The position numbers and the translations under genes are program-made. From positions 44,828,001 through 44,892,000 of the forward strand of contig CM059432.1 in NCBI GenBank assembly GCA_030390025.1: a stretch of 64,000 bases of DNA, read 5' to 3'. The notes under the pieces were generated by a model. It was not told where the DNA came from. It saw only the letters and a list, made by a program, of their open reading frames with translations, and made no database searches. Source of the DNA: Squalus acanthias (Eukaryota). The first letter of the stretch is position 1. Every line of letters begins with the position of its first letter. Below, in pieces: positions 27,164 to 40,040 of this stretch.

Positions 27164-30100
27164 ACATACAAACATACATAGGAATTAGGAGCAGGAGTAG
27201 GCCACTCGGCCCTTAGAGCCTGCTCCGCCATTCAATAAGATCATGGCTGATCTGATTACTCCACATTCCCGCCTACCCCCGATAACCTTTCACCCCTTTG
27301 CTCACCAAGAATCTATCTACCTCTGCCTTAAAAATATTCAAAGACTCTGCTTCCACTGCCCTCTGAGGAAGAGAGTTCCAAAGACTCATGACCCTCTGTG
27401 AGAAGAAATTTCTCCTCATCTCTGTCTTAAATCGGCAACCCCTTATTTTTAAGCAGTGACCCCTAGTTCTAGATTCTCCCACAAGAGGAAACATCCTCTC
27501 CACATCCACCTTGTCCAGACCCCTCAGGATCTTATATGTTTCAATCAAGTCACCTCTTACTCTTCTAAACTCCAGCGGATACAAGCGTAGCCTGTCCAAC
27601 CTTTCCTCATAAGACAACCCGCCCATTCCAGGTATTAGTCTAATAAACCTTCTCTGAACTGCTTCCAATGCATTTACATCCTTAAATAAGGAGACCAATA
27701 CTGTGCACAGTACTCCAGATGTGGTCTCACCAATGCCCTGTATAACTGAAGCATAACCTCTCTACTTTTGTATTCAATTCCCCTCGCAATAAATGATAAC
27801 ATTTGTAAGGGATTTTGCGTGCGTGTCTCTCAGCCTGTGAGATTCGCGCAGCTCTGTGCAGCCTGTATGTCAGTGCGGGTTTAGGCCTTGTTGCCTGTTC
27901 TGGTCTCCAGCCAGTCTGGGAGCACTAGACACACCTGTGAGTGGTTCGAATCACTCGCCCTTACAGTTCTAGACACTGGACTTAGATGCGAGAGCAGTAA
28001 TGGAGATGAAACTCATGTAGACTCGGTTGAATGGTACGAAATGGAAAATCTTTATTGCATGATATTTAAGATTACGAAATACATGTCATAAGCACAGATT
28101 AATGACAGTACAATCTTACACACAGTTATGTAACTAATTCTAGGGAAACGAGGAACGAACGACACACCGTAAATAGGGGCACACATTACAAGTATCCTTA
28201 ATACTTAAACCCTCCCCTATCAATATCTGTCCTAGCTAGATTCGTAGGATTCGAGACTCATGCTCACCACTCGTGATAACTCGGAGAAATTCCGAATAGC
28301 TGATCGGATGTTTTTACCGCAGCACCCACGTGTTGATCAGGGGGTCTCCTGGTCCCACTTGTTTACTTGCTTCTGCTCCGGCTAGCAGGCTGGAACGTCT
28401 GCTGTGATGAAGATCTGTGTTGGTTGGTTTAACAGGCACTGTCCTGATGGGTTTCACAGACCAGTCAATATCTTCTTGGAGGATCTTCCGAGGTCCGTTC
28501 TTGCAAGTTCAAAGAAGTCTCCCTGGCAAGGAAAAATGGCTATTCGACCTACAGGCGCGGTCGGGGCTTACTGACCGTGGCGATGAGTATGGTCTTCCTC
28601 TCTTCTCATCTCATCTCATCTCATCTCATCTCATCTCGGGCCTTTGGTTCCGATGCCAGTTACCAACATAGGTCTTCGTTACACGACACGAGGTAGATCC
28701 GAACGGATCATAAAGTTCAACAGTCTTTTTCAAAGAGACACCAGGCAAGCAGGAACAAGACTGCGAGTCAAAACACAGGAGCAGCCACGAGGATACGAGT
28801 CGATCGGATAAGAGAAAGATGGACGGTTGGAGCTTGTAATTATAGTACAAAATTCTTCCGTTTCCCGCCCAACCTTAATGTCCTTTCTTTTGTTTGGGTT
28901 TGGCGCTCAAATGTCTTGTATAGGTGATCTCCGTTTTTAATGGGTTTCGGGGCTACTCGTAAATGCCTGAGTACCTGTTAATATTTCTCCCATTGTTAAA
29001 TCGGTCGGTGTTCTCCCTGGAGGGGTTTTGGGGCTTCCAAGTGTTTTGTATAACTACCCGTTAACGGCTCTCTCATCGTAGAGTCGTTGGGATTTTACAT
29101 ATTAATGTCTTTGGATGGGCCCTTGATTACTTGGTACAATAGCTTTCATTCGTACCTGGGAGACCGATTTCAGTATTTATGTGTATACTGCAAACCCATA
29201 ATGTCTCGTGTATTATCTTCAATGTGCTGAATCTTAATCGATCTTGCACAAATGTTTATTGGAACGCCATCTTGTCTGCCTGTCGAAAAGTCTAGAATGT
29301 TCTGCCACGAGGTGCGGCGGCCATTTTACAGGCTGCTTGTGTCCACTTTGAGAAACCTGACAGCATTCTGCTGAAATAAAAGCTGTTTCAACGAAACTCT
29401 GTGTTTTCTCCTTATTAATAAAATCGCGATATATTGCGAATTCTACACATTCTATTAGCTTTCCTAATTACTTGCTGTACCTGCATAGTAACCTTTTGCG
29501 ATTCATGCACTAGGACGCCCAGATCCCTCTGCATCTCCGAGCTCTGCAATCTCTCACCATTTAGATAATATGCTTTTTTATTCTTCCTGCCAAAATGGAA
29601 AATTTCACATTTTCTCTCATTATACTATTTGCCAGATCTTTGCCCACTCACTTAACCTATCTATATCCCTTTGTAGCCTCCTTATGTCCTCTTCACAATT
29701 TACTTTCCTACCTATCTTTGTGTCATCAGCAAATTTAGCAACCATGTCTTCGTTCCCTTCATCCAAGTCATTTATATAAATTGTAAAACGTTGAGGCCCC
29801 AGCACTGATCCCTGTGGCACACCACTCGTTACATCTTGCCAACCAGAAAATGACCCATTTATGCCTACTCTCTGTTTCCTGTTAGCTAGCCAATCTTCTA
29901 TCCATGCCAATATGTTATCCCCTACACCATGAGCTTTTATTTTCCACAATAACCTTTGATGTGGCACCTTATCAAATGCCTTCTGGCAATCTAAGTACAG
30001 TACATCCACCAGTTCCCCTTTATCCACAGCACATGTTACTTCCTCAAAGAACTCCAATAAATTGGTTAAACATGATTTCCCTTTCACAAAACCATGTTGA

Positions 30101-31680
30101 CGCTGCCTGATTACCTTGAACTTTTCTAAGCGCCCTGCTATAACATCTTTAATAATAGCTTCTAACATCTTCTCTATGACAGATGTTAAGCTAACTGGCC
30201 TGTAGTTTCCTGCTTTCTGTCTCCCTCCCTATTTGAATAAAGGAGTTACATTCACTATTTTCCAATCTAATGGAACCTTCCCTGAATCTAGGGAATTTTG
30301 GAAAATTAAAACTGACGTATCAACTATCTCACTAGCCACTTTTAAGACCCCAGGATGAAGTCCATCAGGACCCAGGGACTTGTCAGCCCGCAGCTCCAAC
30401 AATTTGCTCAGTACTACTTCCCTGGTGATTGTAATTTTCTTGAGTTCCTCGCTCCCTTCCATTTCCTGATTTACAGCTATTTCTGGGATGTTACTTGTAT
30501 CCTCTGTAGTGAAGACCGATGCAAAATACCTGTTCAATTCAACTGCCATCTCCTTATTTTCCATTATTAATTCCCCAGACTCACTTTTCATAGGACCAAC
30601 GCTCACTTTGTTAACTCTTTTCTTTTTTAAATATCTGTAGGAACTCTTACTATCTGTTTTTATATTTCTAGCTAGCTTTCTTTCGTACTCTAATTTTTCT
30701 CTCCTTATTAATCTTTTAGTCATTCTTTGCTGTTTTTTATATTCTGTCCAATCTTCTGACCTGCCACCCATCTTTGCACAATTATATGCTTTTTCTTTAA
30801 GTTTGATACTATCTTTAAACTTTTTTAGTTAACCACGGATGGTGGGTCCTCCCCTTGGAATTTTTCTTTCTCGTTGGAATGTATATTTTCTGTGTATTCT
30901 GAAAAATCCCTTAAAATGTCTGCCACTGCAACTCTATTGACCTATCCCTTAACCTAATTTGCCAGTTCACTTTAGCTAGCTCTGCTTTCATGCCCTCATA
31001 ATTGCTGTTATTTAAGTTTAAAATACTAGTCTTGGACCCACTCTTCTCTCCCTCAAACTGAATGTAAAATTCAATCATATTATGATCGCTGCTACCTAGG
31101 GGCGCCTTCACTATGAGGCCATTAATTAATCCTATCTTGTTGCACAATACCAGGTCTAGTATAGCCTGCTCTCTGGTTGGCTCCAGAACGTGCTGTTCTA
31201 AGAAACTATCCCGAAAACATTCTATGAACTCCTCATCTAGGCTACCTTTGCCCATCTGATTTTTCCAGTCTATATGTAGATTAAAATCCCCCATGATTAT
31301 TGCCATACCTTTCTGACAAGCTCCCATTATTTGTTCCTTCATCCTCCATCCTACCATGTGGTTACTGTTAGGGGGCCTGTACACCACTCCCACAAGTGAC
31401 TTCTTGCCTTTATCATTTCTCATCTCTACCCAAACTGCTTCTACATCCTGGTTTCCTGAACTTAGGTCATCCCTCTCTATTGTGCTAATACTATCATTAA
31501 TTAACAGAGCCACCCCTCCACCTTTTCCTAGCTTCCTGTACTTCCTAAATGTCATGTACCCTTCAATATTCAGGTCCCAATCTATGTCATCCTGCAGCCA
31601 TGTTTCTGTAATGGCTATCAGATCATATTTATTTATTTCTATTTGCGCTATCAGTTCATCTGTTTTGTTTCAAATGCTAC
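27164..31680 (-). mobile_element. CR1 LINE ORF2 (EN + RT), 5'-truncated, split by a solo LTR
   Basis: IMGDFN, SDHN, QHGFVKGKSCLTNL, GVPQGSVLGP, KFADD, NFFSQRV..WNSLP; tail at about 27164. Confidence 0.95.
27804..29447 (-). mobile_element. Solo LTR, 1644 bp, 4-bp TSD CATT
   Basis: TGTA...TACA termini; CATT at 27800-27803 and 29448-29451; removing it restores the CR1 sequence; minus-strand AATAAA at 28051-28056. Confidence 0.85.
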
Positions 31681-34064
31681 GTGCACAGAGAAATGCTTAG
31701 TGCAATGGCTGGCCTGCCAGACAGCCTCAGTCACTGTCAAGGAGCATGGAGGAGTCCAGCTCCAACATAACATGGGACTCAGTGCGGAGCTTGGAGCCCA
31801 TGATTTCCAGAATGGAAGTGATGGGCAACTCCATTAGAGCACTTGTTGACCCAACCGTGATGCTGGGTGTAATGGGCGATGTTGCAGCTTCCATTGAAAC
31901 ACGCAGAAGCGACCCAACGTCTGAGTGCTACAGTAGAAGCTCAGACTGCTCTCATGCAGGCTCAGCTTGCTGCCACGCAAGCTCAGACTGCTGTCATCGT
32001 GGCTGGGTTTACAAGTGTGGAAAGGGGCTTGCAGCATGTCACAGCAGTCCAGCAATCTGTCCGGCAACAGATGGCTAAGAATGCTGAGGCACCGCCCTGA
32101 GGGAGTGACATTGGCTCCGTGGAGCAAGAACCTGCTGTCCTCTCTCAGGATGACAGCATTCGTATTCACCAGTGCCCTTGCAGTTTCCTGTCAGGCAGCC
32201 AGCCCAGACTGCTGCCACCCATGCTGAGGTGGTGCAGTCTACCCCCGGGCCTTCTCGGCCCAGAGCTGCTCGGGATTGTCCTGCAAGGCCATCTGCAGTC
32301 TCCACCATCTCCTTGGTGAAGCGGAGCCTCTGAATACACTGCTCGTGGCTTAAGCGCAGATAGCAGAAGTGCTCTCGGAAGACCCTAGGTGGGTAAAGCC
32401 TCCTGTTGAGACCTGCTGCCCTTTCTCCTCCTCTCTCTGTGAGCTACTTGTCCTCTTCTTCTTTGCTGCCTCTGCTCCATCAGCCTGTCATGCTGCAGCG
32501 CAAGGGGGGACTGCAGGTAGAGCCCCCACGACTGGGAGCAAGTGGTCTGAGCAGAACCCTTGAAGTCAGAAGCAAGGCCTTCTCCACTTGCAGCACCACT
32601 CTCTGTCACCTCACCAACTTTAAGTAACTCTAGAAATCTCCAGACAGTTCCACAAACTTACACAGAGCCAGTAGAAATCAAAAAGCAAGTTAACTGAAAG
32701 TTGTTGTTGATCCCTTTAATTGTTCATCTTTAGAAGAGGGCGTTGATTGGAATGGTAATGTCCAAAATGGCAGGTCATGTGTCAAATTGGCGTTGGACGT
32801 TGATTGATGTCACAATCTGCATCATTTGAAGTCTACTGCCACATGCAGGCCACGGCCGCGCTGCTGACCTGCCCAAAATGGCAAAGGCCGGGGCCTGTGC
32901 CGGAAGTGGCTGGAAGTGAGGTTGCTGCCATTTTTTGCCGGCCTTTAATGCTGGCACTAAGGTGCCAAATTTCGCGGCCTGAATGTTGCAGGGAACTCAA
33001 CAAACTCAACAAAACAATTACAATCTCAATTTGATATTTGTGATGCTTAATCACAAGAGAATAAATGACAATTCTTAAGAAAACAAATTAGTGATACAAA
33101 TTATTATTTAGTGTTACGTCAAAAATCATCTGATAATTATCATACATTATAGAGTATAACTAATTCTTGGCTGATGATGAGGGTTCTTCTAATCAGTTAA
33201 TCTGTTTTTGCTGTCAAAACTTACTCCTGTCATGCTGTTACAAGAGGACTACCTCCCTTAATGGAAAAACCTCTAGATTGATTTAAAGGGTTTCAAATGC
33301 AAGTTTTTAAGTAGGTCTAAATGTGTGTGGGTAACTATCTGCAGATTTATCATGAAGATAAAGGCCAATTGATTAGCAGTTAAAACTTCAATCAGCAACA
33401 GGCGTCAATTTGCAAAAGAAAATGCTTTGCCAATAAAAAATAATCAGTCAGCAACACTAAAAGTATTTCAATAAAGGCCATCTTTTGAATGAAGATGGAA
33501 TGGTGTCCCCTAATCCAAGACTGTAGAGATGTTGCTCTAAAGTTTTGCCAGGCTTGAAGAGAATGACTCCATTTCTGGACAATGAGACCGAGAGCGTCTC
33601 AAGTCAATTGGCTTGCTCTGGTGACAAATTAGTGACTTCAATTATAAAGTTGGGATTCAACTGCTTCTTAATCAATATGAAGCATAGACTATCTAAACGT
33701 TATTAAACTGCTGTATAAAAGCCACCTTCATTCTAACCTTACAGGCTAAAAATTCGATAGCCCCCTAAAATGGGTGCGGGGATCGCGATGCACGATTAAC
33801 CCACGCCCGTTCAAAGTAATGCAGGCAGCACACAAACTTTGAGCTGCCTGCTAATTTAAATGATGGTGGTGTGCAGGCCAGCACTAAATGGGCTGCTGAG
33901 TGACTGCACGCTCAGCAGGAGGCCCAAGTTTGTGCTAGCACCAATTAAAGCTAGCCTGCACTTCTTAAAGCCAGTCTGTACCTCTTAATGGGGAGATGCA
34001 GCTTGCCGGGAGCAGGTGCTGGAAATCGTTGTCGAGGACTGTGTGACCTACAGGAAGAGTGAGG

Positions 34065-35860
34065 ATGGTGCAACATGACACAGAGAGGGCTCCCAGATTT
34101 TCTGATGCAGCACTCGAGGCCCTGGTGCAGGAGGTGGGTAGGAGGAGAGGTGTCCTCTCTCCACAGGGGGCGAGGAGGACTTCCAGTCAGACGCTGAGAA
34201 GGGAATGGGAGCAGATAGCCATTGCTGTCAATGCCAGCAGTGTAGCCCCGAGGACCTGGATGCAGTGCAGGAAGAAGTTTAATAACATTACACGAGTGGT
34301 CAAGGCCAGTAATTTCATCTTCAAATGCCATACCCCAAAAACTGCACCACTAGCCTCACACACAGCTCAATTCACCACACCCCCATTACTCACCTACCAA
34401 AAATCTCTATCAATCATGACGCATACCTCACATTCATATGCTCCATCTCACCCTCACACACTTACCATTGCTGCAAGCCTCACACCCACATCTCACAGCT
34501 TGCTCACACTGCCAGCTATTCAACCACGACAGCCACATCAGCCAAACACAGTGAACCACACTCACTGACACACTTCTCTTTCTCTTGCAGGAAAAGGTGG
34601 CGCACAATCATAGGTAGCAGCAGCTAACCGGAGGGGGACAGGCACACCTTCATATCCTGATCCTGCTCGAGGATACAGTGCTTGACATAATTGGAGTGGT
34701 TGTGACTGAAGGTCGCGGCCAGCGCCAGTTCTGAAACCATTGAAGATGACGGTATGCTCATACCTAATTCTCCTTCTCACATCCCACTTCCCCTCATCCC
34801 ACAATCATTTCTGACTTACAAGCCGCAAATGGTGTAAGCATTCAACTCTTGTCTCCGACCCCCCCCCGCACCCCGCACCCACAATCCCCCTCACCACAAC
34901 CCTATTCTTGTGCCTTTCTCATTTCAGAGACCCAAGAAATCCAACCTGGCCAGGCAGTGGTGCAAGAGGAAGAGGGAGAGGAGAGTGATGATGAAGAAGA
35001 AACACCATCACTTGATCTGATAGTCGCAGCCATCAGCTCAGATACTGGCACTAAGCGGAGTTTAGAGGGTAGCTTAGAGTCGTCACCTGTACGTGGTGAG
35101 TCACCGGGCACGAGTGGGCTGCAGCCAGGTCAGGGGGAAAGGATAGCGTGGGTGAGGTTGCACATGAGTTCTGCTGCACACGACTTAGATGAGGACTGCG
35201 ATAGGGGCGCCCTACAGAAGACAATGAAATGCTTGGTGCATTGGCAGGCCTGCCAGAAAGCCTGAAGGCAGTGTCAAGGAGCATGGAGGAGGCCAGCTCC
35301 AACATTGCACAGGGCTGTGATCAGAGGTTGGAGCTCATCCTTTCCAGCGTGGAAGGGGTGGGCAGATCCATTAGCTCACTTGTGGACCCAACCATGATGC
35401 AGCGTCTGATGGCCGATGTCTCAGCTTCCATTACAACACAAGCAGAAGCCACTCAATGTCTGAGTGCTGTAATGGAAGCTCAGACAGAAGTCATGCAGGC
35501 TCAGCTTGCTGCCATGCAAGTACAGACTGCTGCCATCATGGCTGTGTTTACCAGTGTTGAAAGAGGCTTGCAGGGTATCATGGCAGTCCAGCAATCTGTC
35601 CTCCAGCAGATTACTAGAATTGCTGAGATGCTGCCCTGAGGGAGAGGCAGTGGCTCTGTGGAGCACAAACCTGGTGTCCTCTCTCAGGAGGACAGCATTT
35701 GTCCTCCCACCACTGCCATTCAGCCTTGCTGTTGCCTGTCAGCCAGCCTGCCCAGACTGCTGCTGCCCATGTCGAGGTGGTGCAGTCCAAAGCCGGGCCT
35801 ACTGTGCCCAGAGCTGCTCGAGGTTGTCCTGCAAGGCCGTCTGCAGTCAACCCCACTGAA
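34065..35860 (+). pseudogene. Harbinger Myb/SANT-like gene of H3 (three exons)
   Basis: RAPRFSDAALEALVQEV..WEQIA..RTWMQCRKKFNNI; acceptors at 34589 and 34927, donor at 34751. Confidence 0.85.
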
Positions 35861-36021
35861 TGTCACCAGCCATGCTGCAGCCACTGGGGTAGCACTGCGA
35901 AGGAGCACTAGGACAGCCTCTAAGGGAATGTACATGGGTGATTAGTTGACTTTTGAATGAAATATTGTAATGGTTTCATTCATAACATTGGTTTGGAATG
36001 TTTGTATTGTGGTGGCTTTTA

Positions 36022-37775
36022 GAACATAAGGACATAAGAAATAGGAGCATGAGCAGGCCATTCGGCCCCTCGAGCCTGCTCCGCCATTTAATGAGATCAT
36101 GGTGGATCCGATTTTGGCCTCAACTCCACTTTCCTGTCTGTTCCCCATAACCCTGGACTCCCCTGTTGCTCAAAAATCTGCCTATCTCAGCCTTGAATAT
36201 ATTGAATGACTCAGCTTCCACAGCTCTCTGGGGTAAAGAATTCCAAAGATTCACGACCCTCTGAGTGAAGAAATTCCTTCTTATCTCCGTCTTAAATGGG
36301 TGACCCCTTATTCTGAGACTATGCCCCCTCGTTCTAGATTCCCCCACGAGGGGAAACATCCTCTCAGCATCTACCCTGTCCAACCCCCTCAGAATCTTAT
36401 ATGTTTCAATAAGATCACCTCTCATTCTTCTAAACTCCAATGAGTATAGGCCCAACCTGCTCAACCTTTCCTCATAAGACAAGCATTCGATCCCAGTAAT
36501 CAACCTAGTGAACCTTCTCTGAACTGCCTCCAATGCAAGTATATCCCTCCTTAAATAAGGGGACCAAAACTGTACACAGTACTCTAGGTGTGGTCTCACC
36601 AGCGCCCTGTACAGTTGTAGCAAGACTTCCCTACTTTCATACTCTATCCCCCTTGAAATAAAGGCTAACATTCCATTTGCCTTCCTAATTACTTGCTGCA
36701 CCTGCATGTTAACTTTTTGTGTTTCATGTATGAGGACACCCAGATCCCTCTGTACCGCCGCATTCTGTAGTCTTTCTCCATTTAAATAATATTTTTCTTT
36801 TCTATTCTTCCTACCAAAGTGGATAACTTCACATTTTCCTGCATTATACTCCCTCTGCCAAATTTTTGCCCACTCACTTAACCTATCTATATCCCTTTGC
36901 AGACTCTTTATGTCCTCCTCACAACTTGCTTTCCCACCTATCTTTGTATCGTCTGCAAATTTGGCTACAATACACTTTCTTTCTTCATCCAAGTCATTAA
37001 TATAGATTGAAAATAGTTGAGGCCCCAGCACTGATCCCTGTGGCACCCCACTAGTTACAGATTGCCATCCTGAAAATGACCCATTTATCTCTGTTTTCTG
37101 GTAGTTAGCCAATCCTCTATCCAATCTAATATATTACCCCCAACACCATGAGCTCTTATCTTATGCAGTAACCTTTTATGTGGCACTTTGTCGAATACCT
37201 TTTGGAAATCCAAATACACTACATCTACTGGTTCCCCTTTATCCACACTGCTCATTACCACCTCTAATAGATTTGTCAAACACGATTTCCCTTTCATAAA
37301 ACCATGTTGACTCTGTTTGATTGCATTATGATTTTCTAAATGCCCTGCTACTACTTTCTCAATAATGGATTCGAGCCTTTTGCCAATGACAAATGTTAGG
37401 CTACTGGCCTATAGTTTCCTGCTTTCTGTCTCCCTCCTTTTTTGAATAAGGATGTTACATTTGCAGTTTTCCAATCCACTGGGACTTTTCCAGATTCACG
37501 GGAATTTTGGAAGATTACAACCAATGCATCCACTATCTCTGTAGCTACTTTTAAGACCCTAGGATGCAGGCGATCAGGTCATGGGGACTTGTTAGCCTTT
37601 AGACCCATTAGTTCGCCTAGCACTTTTTCTCTAGTGATAGAAATTGTTTTAAGTTCCTCCCTCCTTTTTGCCCCTTGATTTTTTACTATTACTGAGATGT
37701 TTTTAGTGTCCTCTACTGTGAAGACAGATACAAAATATTTGTTCAATGCCTCTGCCATTTCCTTGTTTCCCATTA
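36022..37775 (-). mobile_element. CR1 LINE 3' portion (RT)
   Basis: 334-aa ORF 36120-37124 with GVPQGSVLGP and KFADD; CR1 tail at about 36022. Confidence 0.95.
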
Positions 37776-37929
37776 TTATTGGGGCATCATGGCCAAGAGG
37801 ACACTGTTTGGTCAGTAACAGATGGAAGGTACGGTTTTGCACGGTGGGGAAGCCTGTTATTGTGGGGAAGTCGCGTGTTCCCTCCACCCGCTTCTCGCTG
37901 GCAAGAGAGAAGGAAATATATTCAGCTCT

Positions 37930-40040
37930 CTTTGTCCTTCTAGGTGGTAGAGGTTGCATGTTTCGGAGGTGCTGTTGAAGAAGCCTTGGCGAGATGCTGC
38001 AGTGCATCTTGTAGATGGTACACACTGCGGCCATGGTACGCTGGTGGTGGAGGGAGTGAATGTTTAAGGTCGTGGATGGGGTGCCAATCAAGTAGGCTGC
38101 TTTGTCCTGGATGGTGTCAAGCTTCTTGGGTGTTGTTGGAGCTGCACTCATCCAGGCAAATGGAGAGTATTCCATCACACTCCTGACTTGCACCTTGTAG
38201 ATGGTGGAAGGACTTTGGGGAGTCAGGAGGCGAGGCACTCGCCACAGTTTATGTGGCTGGTCCGGTTAAGTTTCTGGTCAATGGTGACCCCTAGGATGTT
38301 GATGGTGGGGGATTCAGCGATGGTAATGCCATTAAATTTCAAGGGAAGGTGGCCAGATTCTCTTGTCGGAGATGGTGATTACCCTGCACGTTTGTGGTGA
38401 GAATGTTAATTGCCACTTATCAGCCCAAGCCAGGTCTAGCTGCAACAAATACAAAAGCAAAATACTGCGGATGCTGGCAATCTGAAATAAAAACAGAAAA
38501 TGCTGGAAATACTCAGCAGGTCAGGCAGCATCTGTGGAGAGAGAAACAGCATTAACGTTTCAGGTCGATGACCCTTCGTCATAACTGGAAAAAGTTGGAG
38601 ATGTAACAGATTTTTAAGCAAGTGTAGAGGCAGGGAGAGGGGGGAGGGGAGGAAAGAACAAAAGGGAAGGTCTGTGATAGGGCCGAAGGCAGGAGAGATT
38701 AAGATACAAGGGATGATGGTGCAAGACAAAAGGAGATGGTAATGGAACAAGTTAAGAAACAAAAGATGACTCTAGATGAAGTGTAAATGCCAGTGGCAGA
38801 ATGATCGACAGCTGCCATGTGAGAGAGAGAAAAAAAATAATGATGGGGCAGAGGTTATGGTCTGAAATTGTTGAACTCAATGTTGATTCTTGCTGCATGT
38901 GGGCACAAACTGCTTCATTATCTGAGGAGTTGCGAATGGAACTGAACACTGTGCAATCATCACCGAACGTCCCCACTTCTGACCTTATGATGGAGGGAAG
39001 GTCATTGAAGAAGCAGCTGAAGATGGTTGGACATAGGACACTGCCCTTAGGAACTCCTGCAGTGCTGTCCTTGGGGGCTAGATGATTGGCCTCCAACAAC
39101 CACAACCATCTTCCTTTGTGCTAGGTATGACCCCAGCCAGTGGGTAATTTTCCCCCTGATTCCCACTGACTTCAATTTTACTGGGGCTCCTTCATGCCAC
39201 TCTCGGTCAAATGCTGCCTTGATGTCAAGGGCAGTCACTCTCACTTCACCTCTGGAATTCAGATCTTTTGTCCTTGTTTGGACCAAGGCTGTAATGAGGT
39301 CGGGAGCTGAGTGGTCCTGGTGGAACCCAAACTGAGCATTGGTGAGCAGGTTATTTGTGAATAGGTCCCACATAATAGCACTGTCAACGGCACCTTCCAT
39401 CACTTTGCTGATGATTTAGAGTAGACTGATGCGGTGGTAATTGGCCAGATTGGATTTGTCCTGCTTTTTTTGTGGACAGAACATACCTGGGTAATTTTCC
39501 ACTTTGTCAGGTAGATGCCAGTGTTGTAGCTGTACTAGAACAGCTTGGCTAGAGGCGTGGCTAATCCTGGAGCACAAGGATGCAGCAAGACAGCCGGGAT
39601 ACTGTCGGGGCCCATAGCTTTTGCTGTATCCAATGCGCTCAGCCATTTCTTGATATCACTTGGAGTGAATCGAATTGGCTGAAGACTGGCTTCTGTGATG
39701 GTGGGGACGTCAGGAGGAGGCCGAGATGGATCATCCACTTGGCACTTCTGGCTGAAGATGGTTGGAAATGTTTCAGCCTTGTCTTTTGTACTCATGTAGC
39801 TGATCTCTACCATCATTGAGGATGAAGATGTTCATGGAGACTCCTCTTCCCGTTATGTTGTTTATTTGTCCACCACCATTCATGACTGGATGTTGTAGGA
39901 CTGCAGAACTTTGATCTGATGCATTGGTTGTGGGATCGCTTACCTCTGTCTATAGCATGCTGCTTCTGCTGTTTAGTATGCATGTAGTCCTGTGTTGTAG
40001 CTTCACCAGGTTGGCACCTCCTTTTTAGGTACGCCTGGCA
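37930..40040 (-). mobile_element. CR1-group LINE family B fragment interrupted by a PLE
   Basis: Homologous to 42720-44420; ALDIKAAFD, FFNDLP. Confidence 0.9.
38443..38885 (-). mobile_element. PLE family A 3' fragment with mutated hammerhead (ATGACGA core, 38551-38587)
   Basis: Homologous to 880-1320. Confidence 0.8.

Larger units (their letters stand above)
25714..32979. mobile_element. Harbinger transposon H2 with nested CR1 and solo LTR; transposase mostly deleted
   Basis: TGA TSD on both sides and imperfect TIRs. Myb exons at about 26016-26247, 26533-26691 and from 26846; exon 3 resumes at about 31680. Transposase N-terminus only at about 32310-32540 (-). Confidence 0.85.

Noticed and set aside
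34059..34568. Domesticated NAIF1/MSANTD-like host gene
   Set aside because: Several degraded paralogous copies lie inside TIR/TSD-bounded transposons and downstream exons are disrupted.
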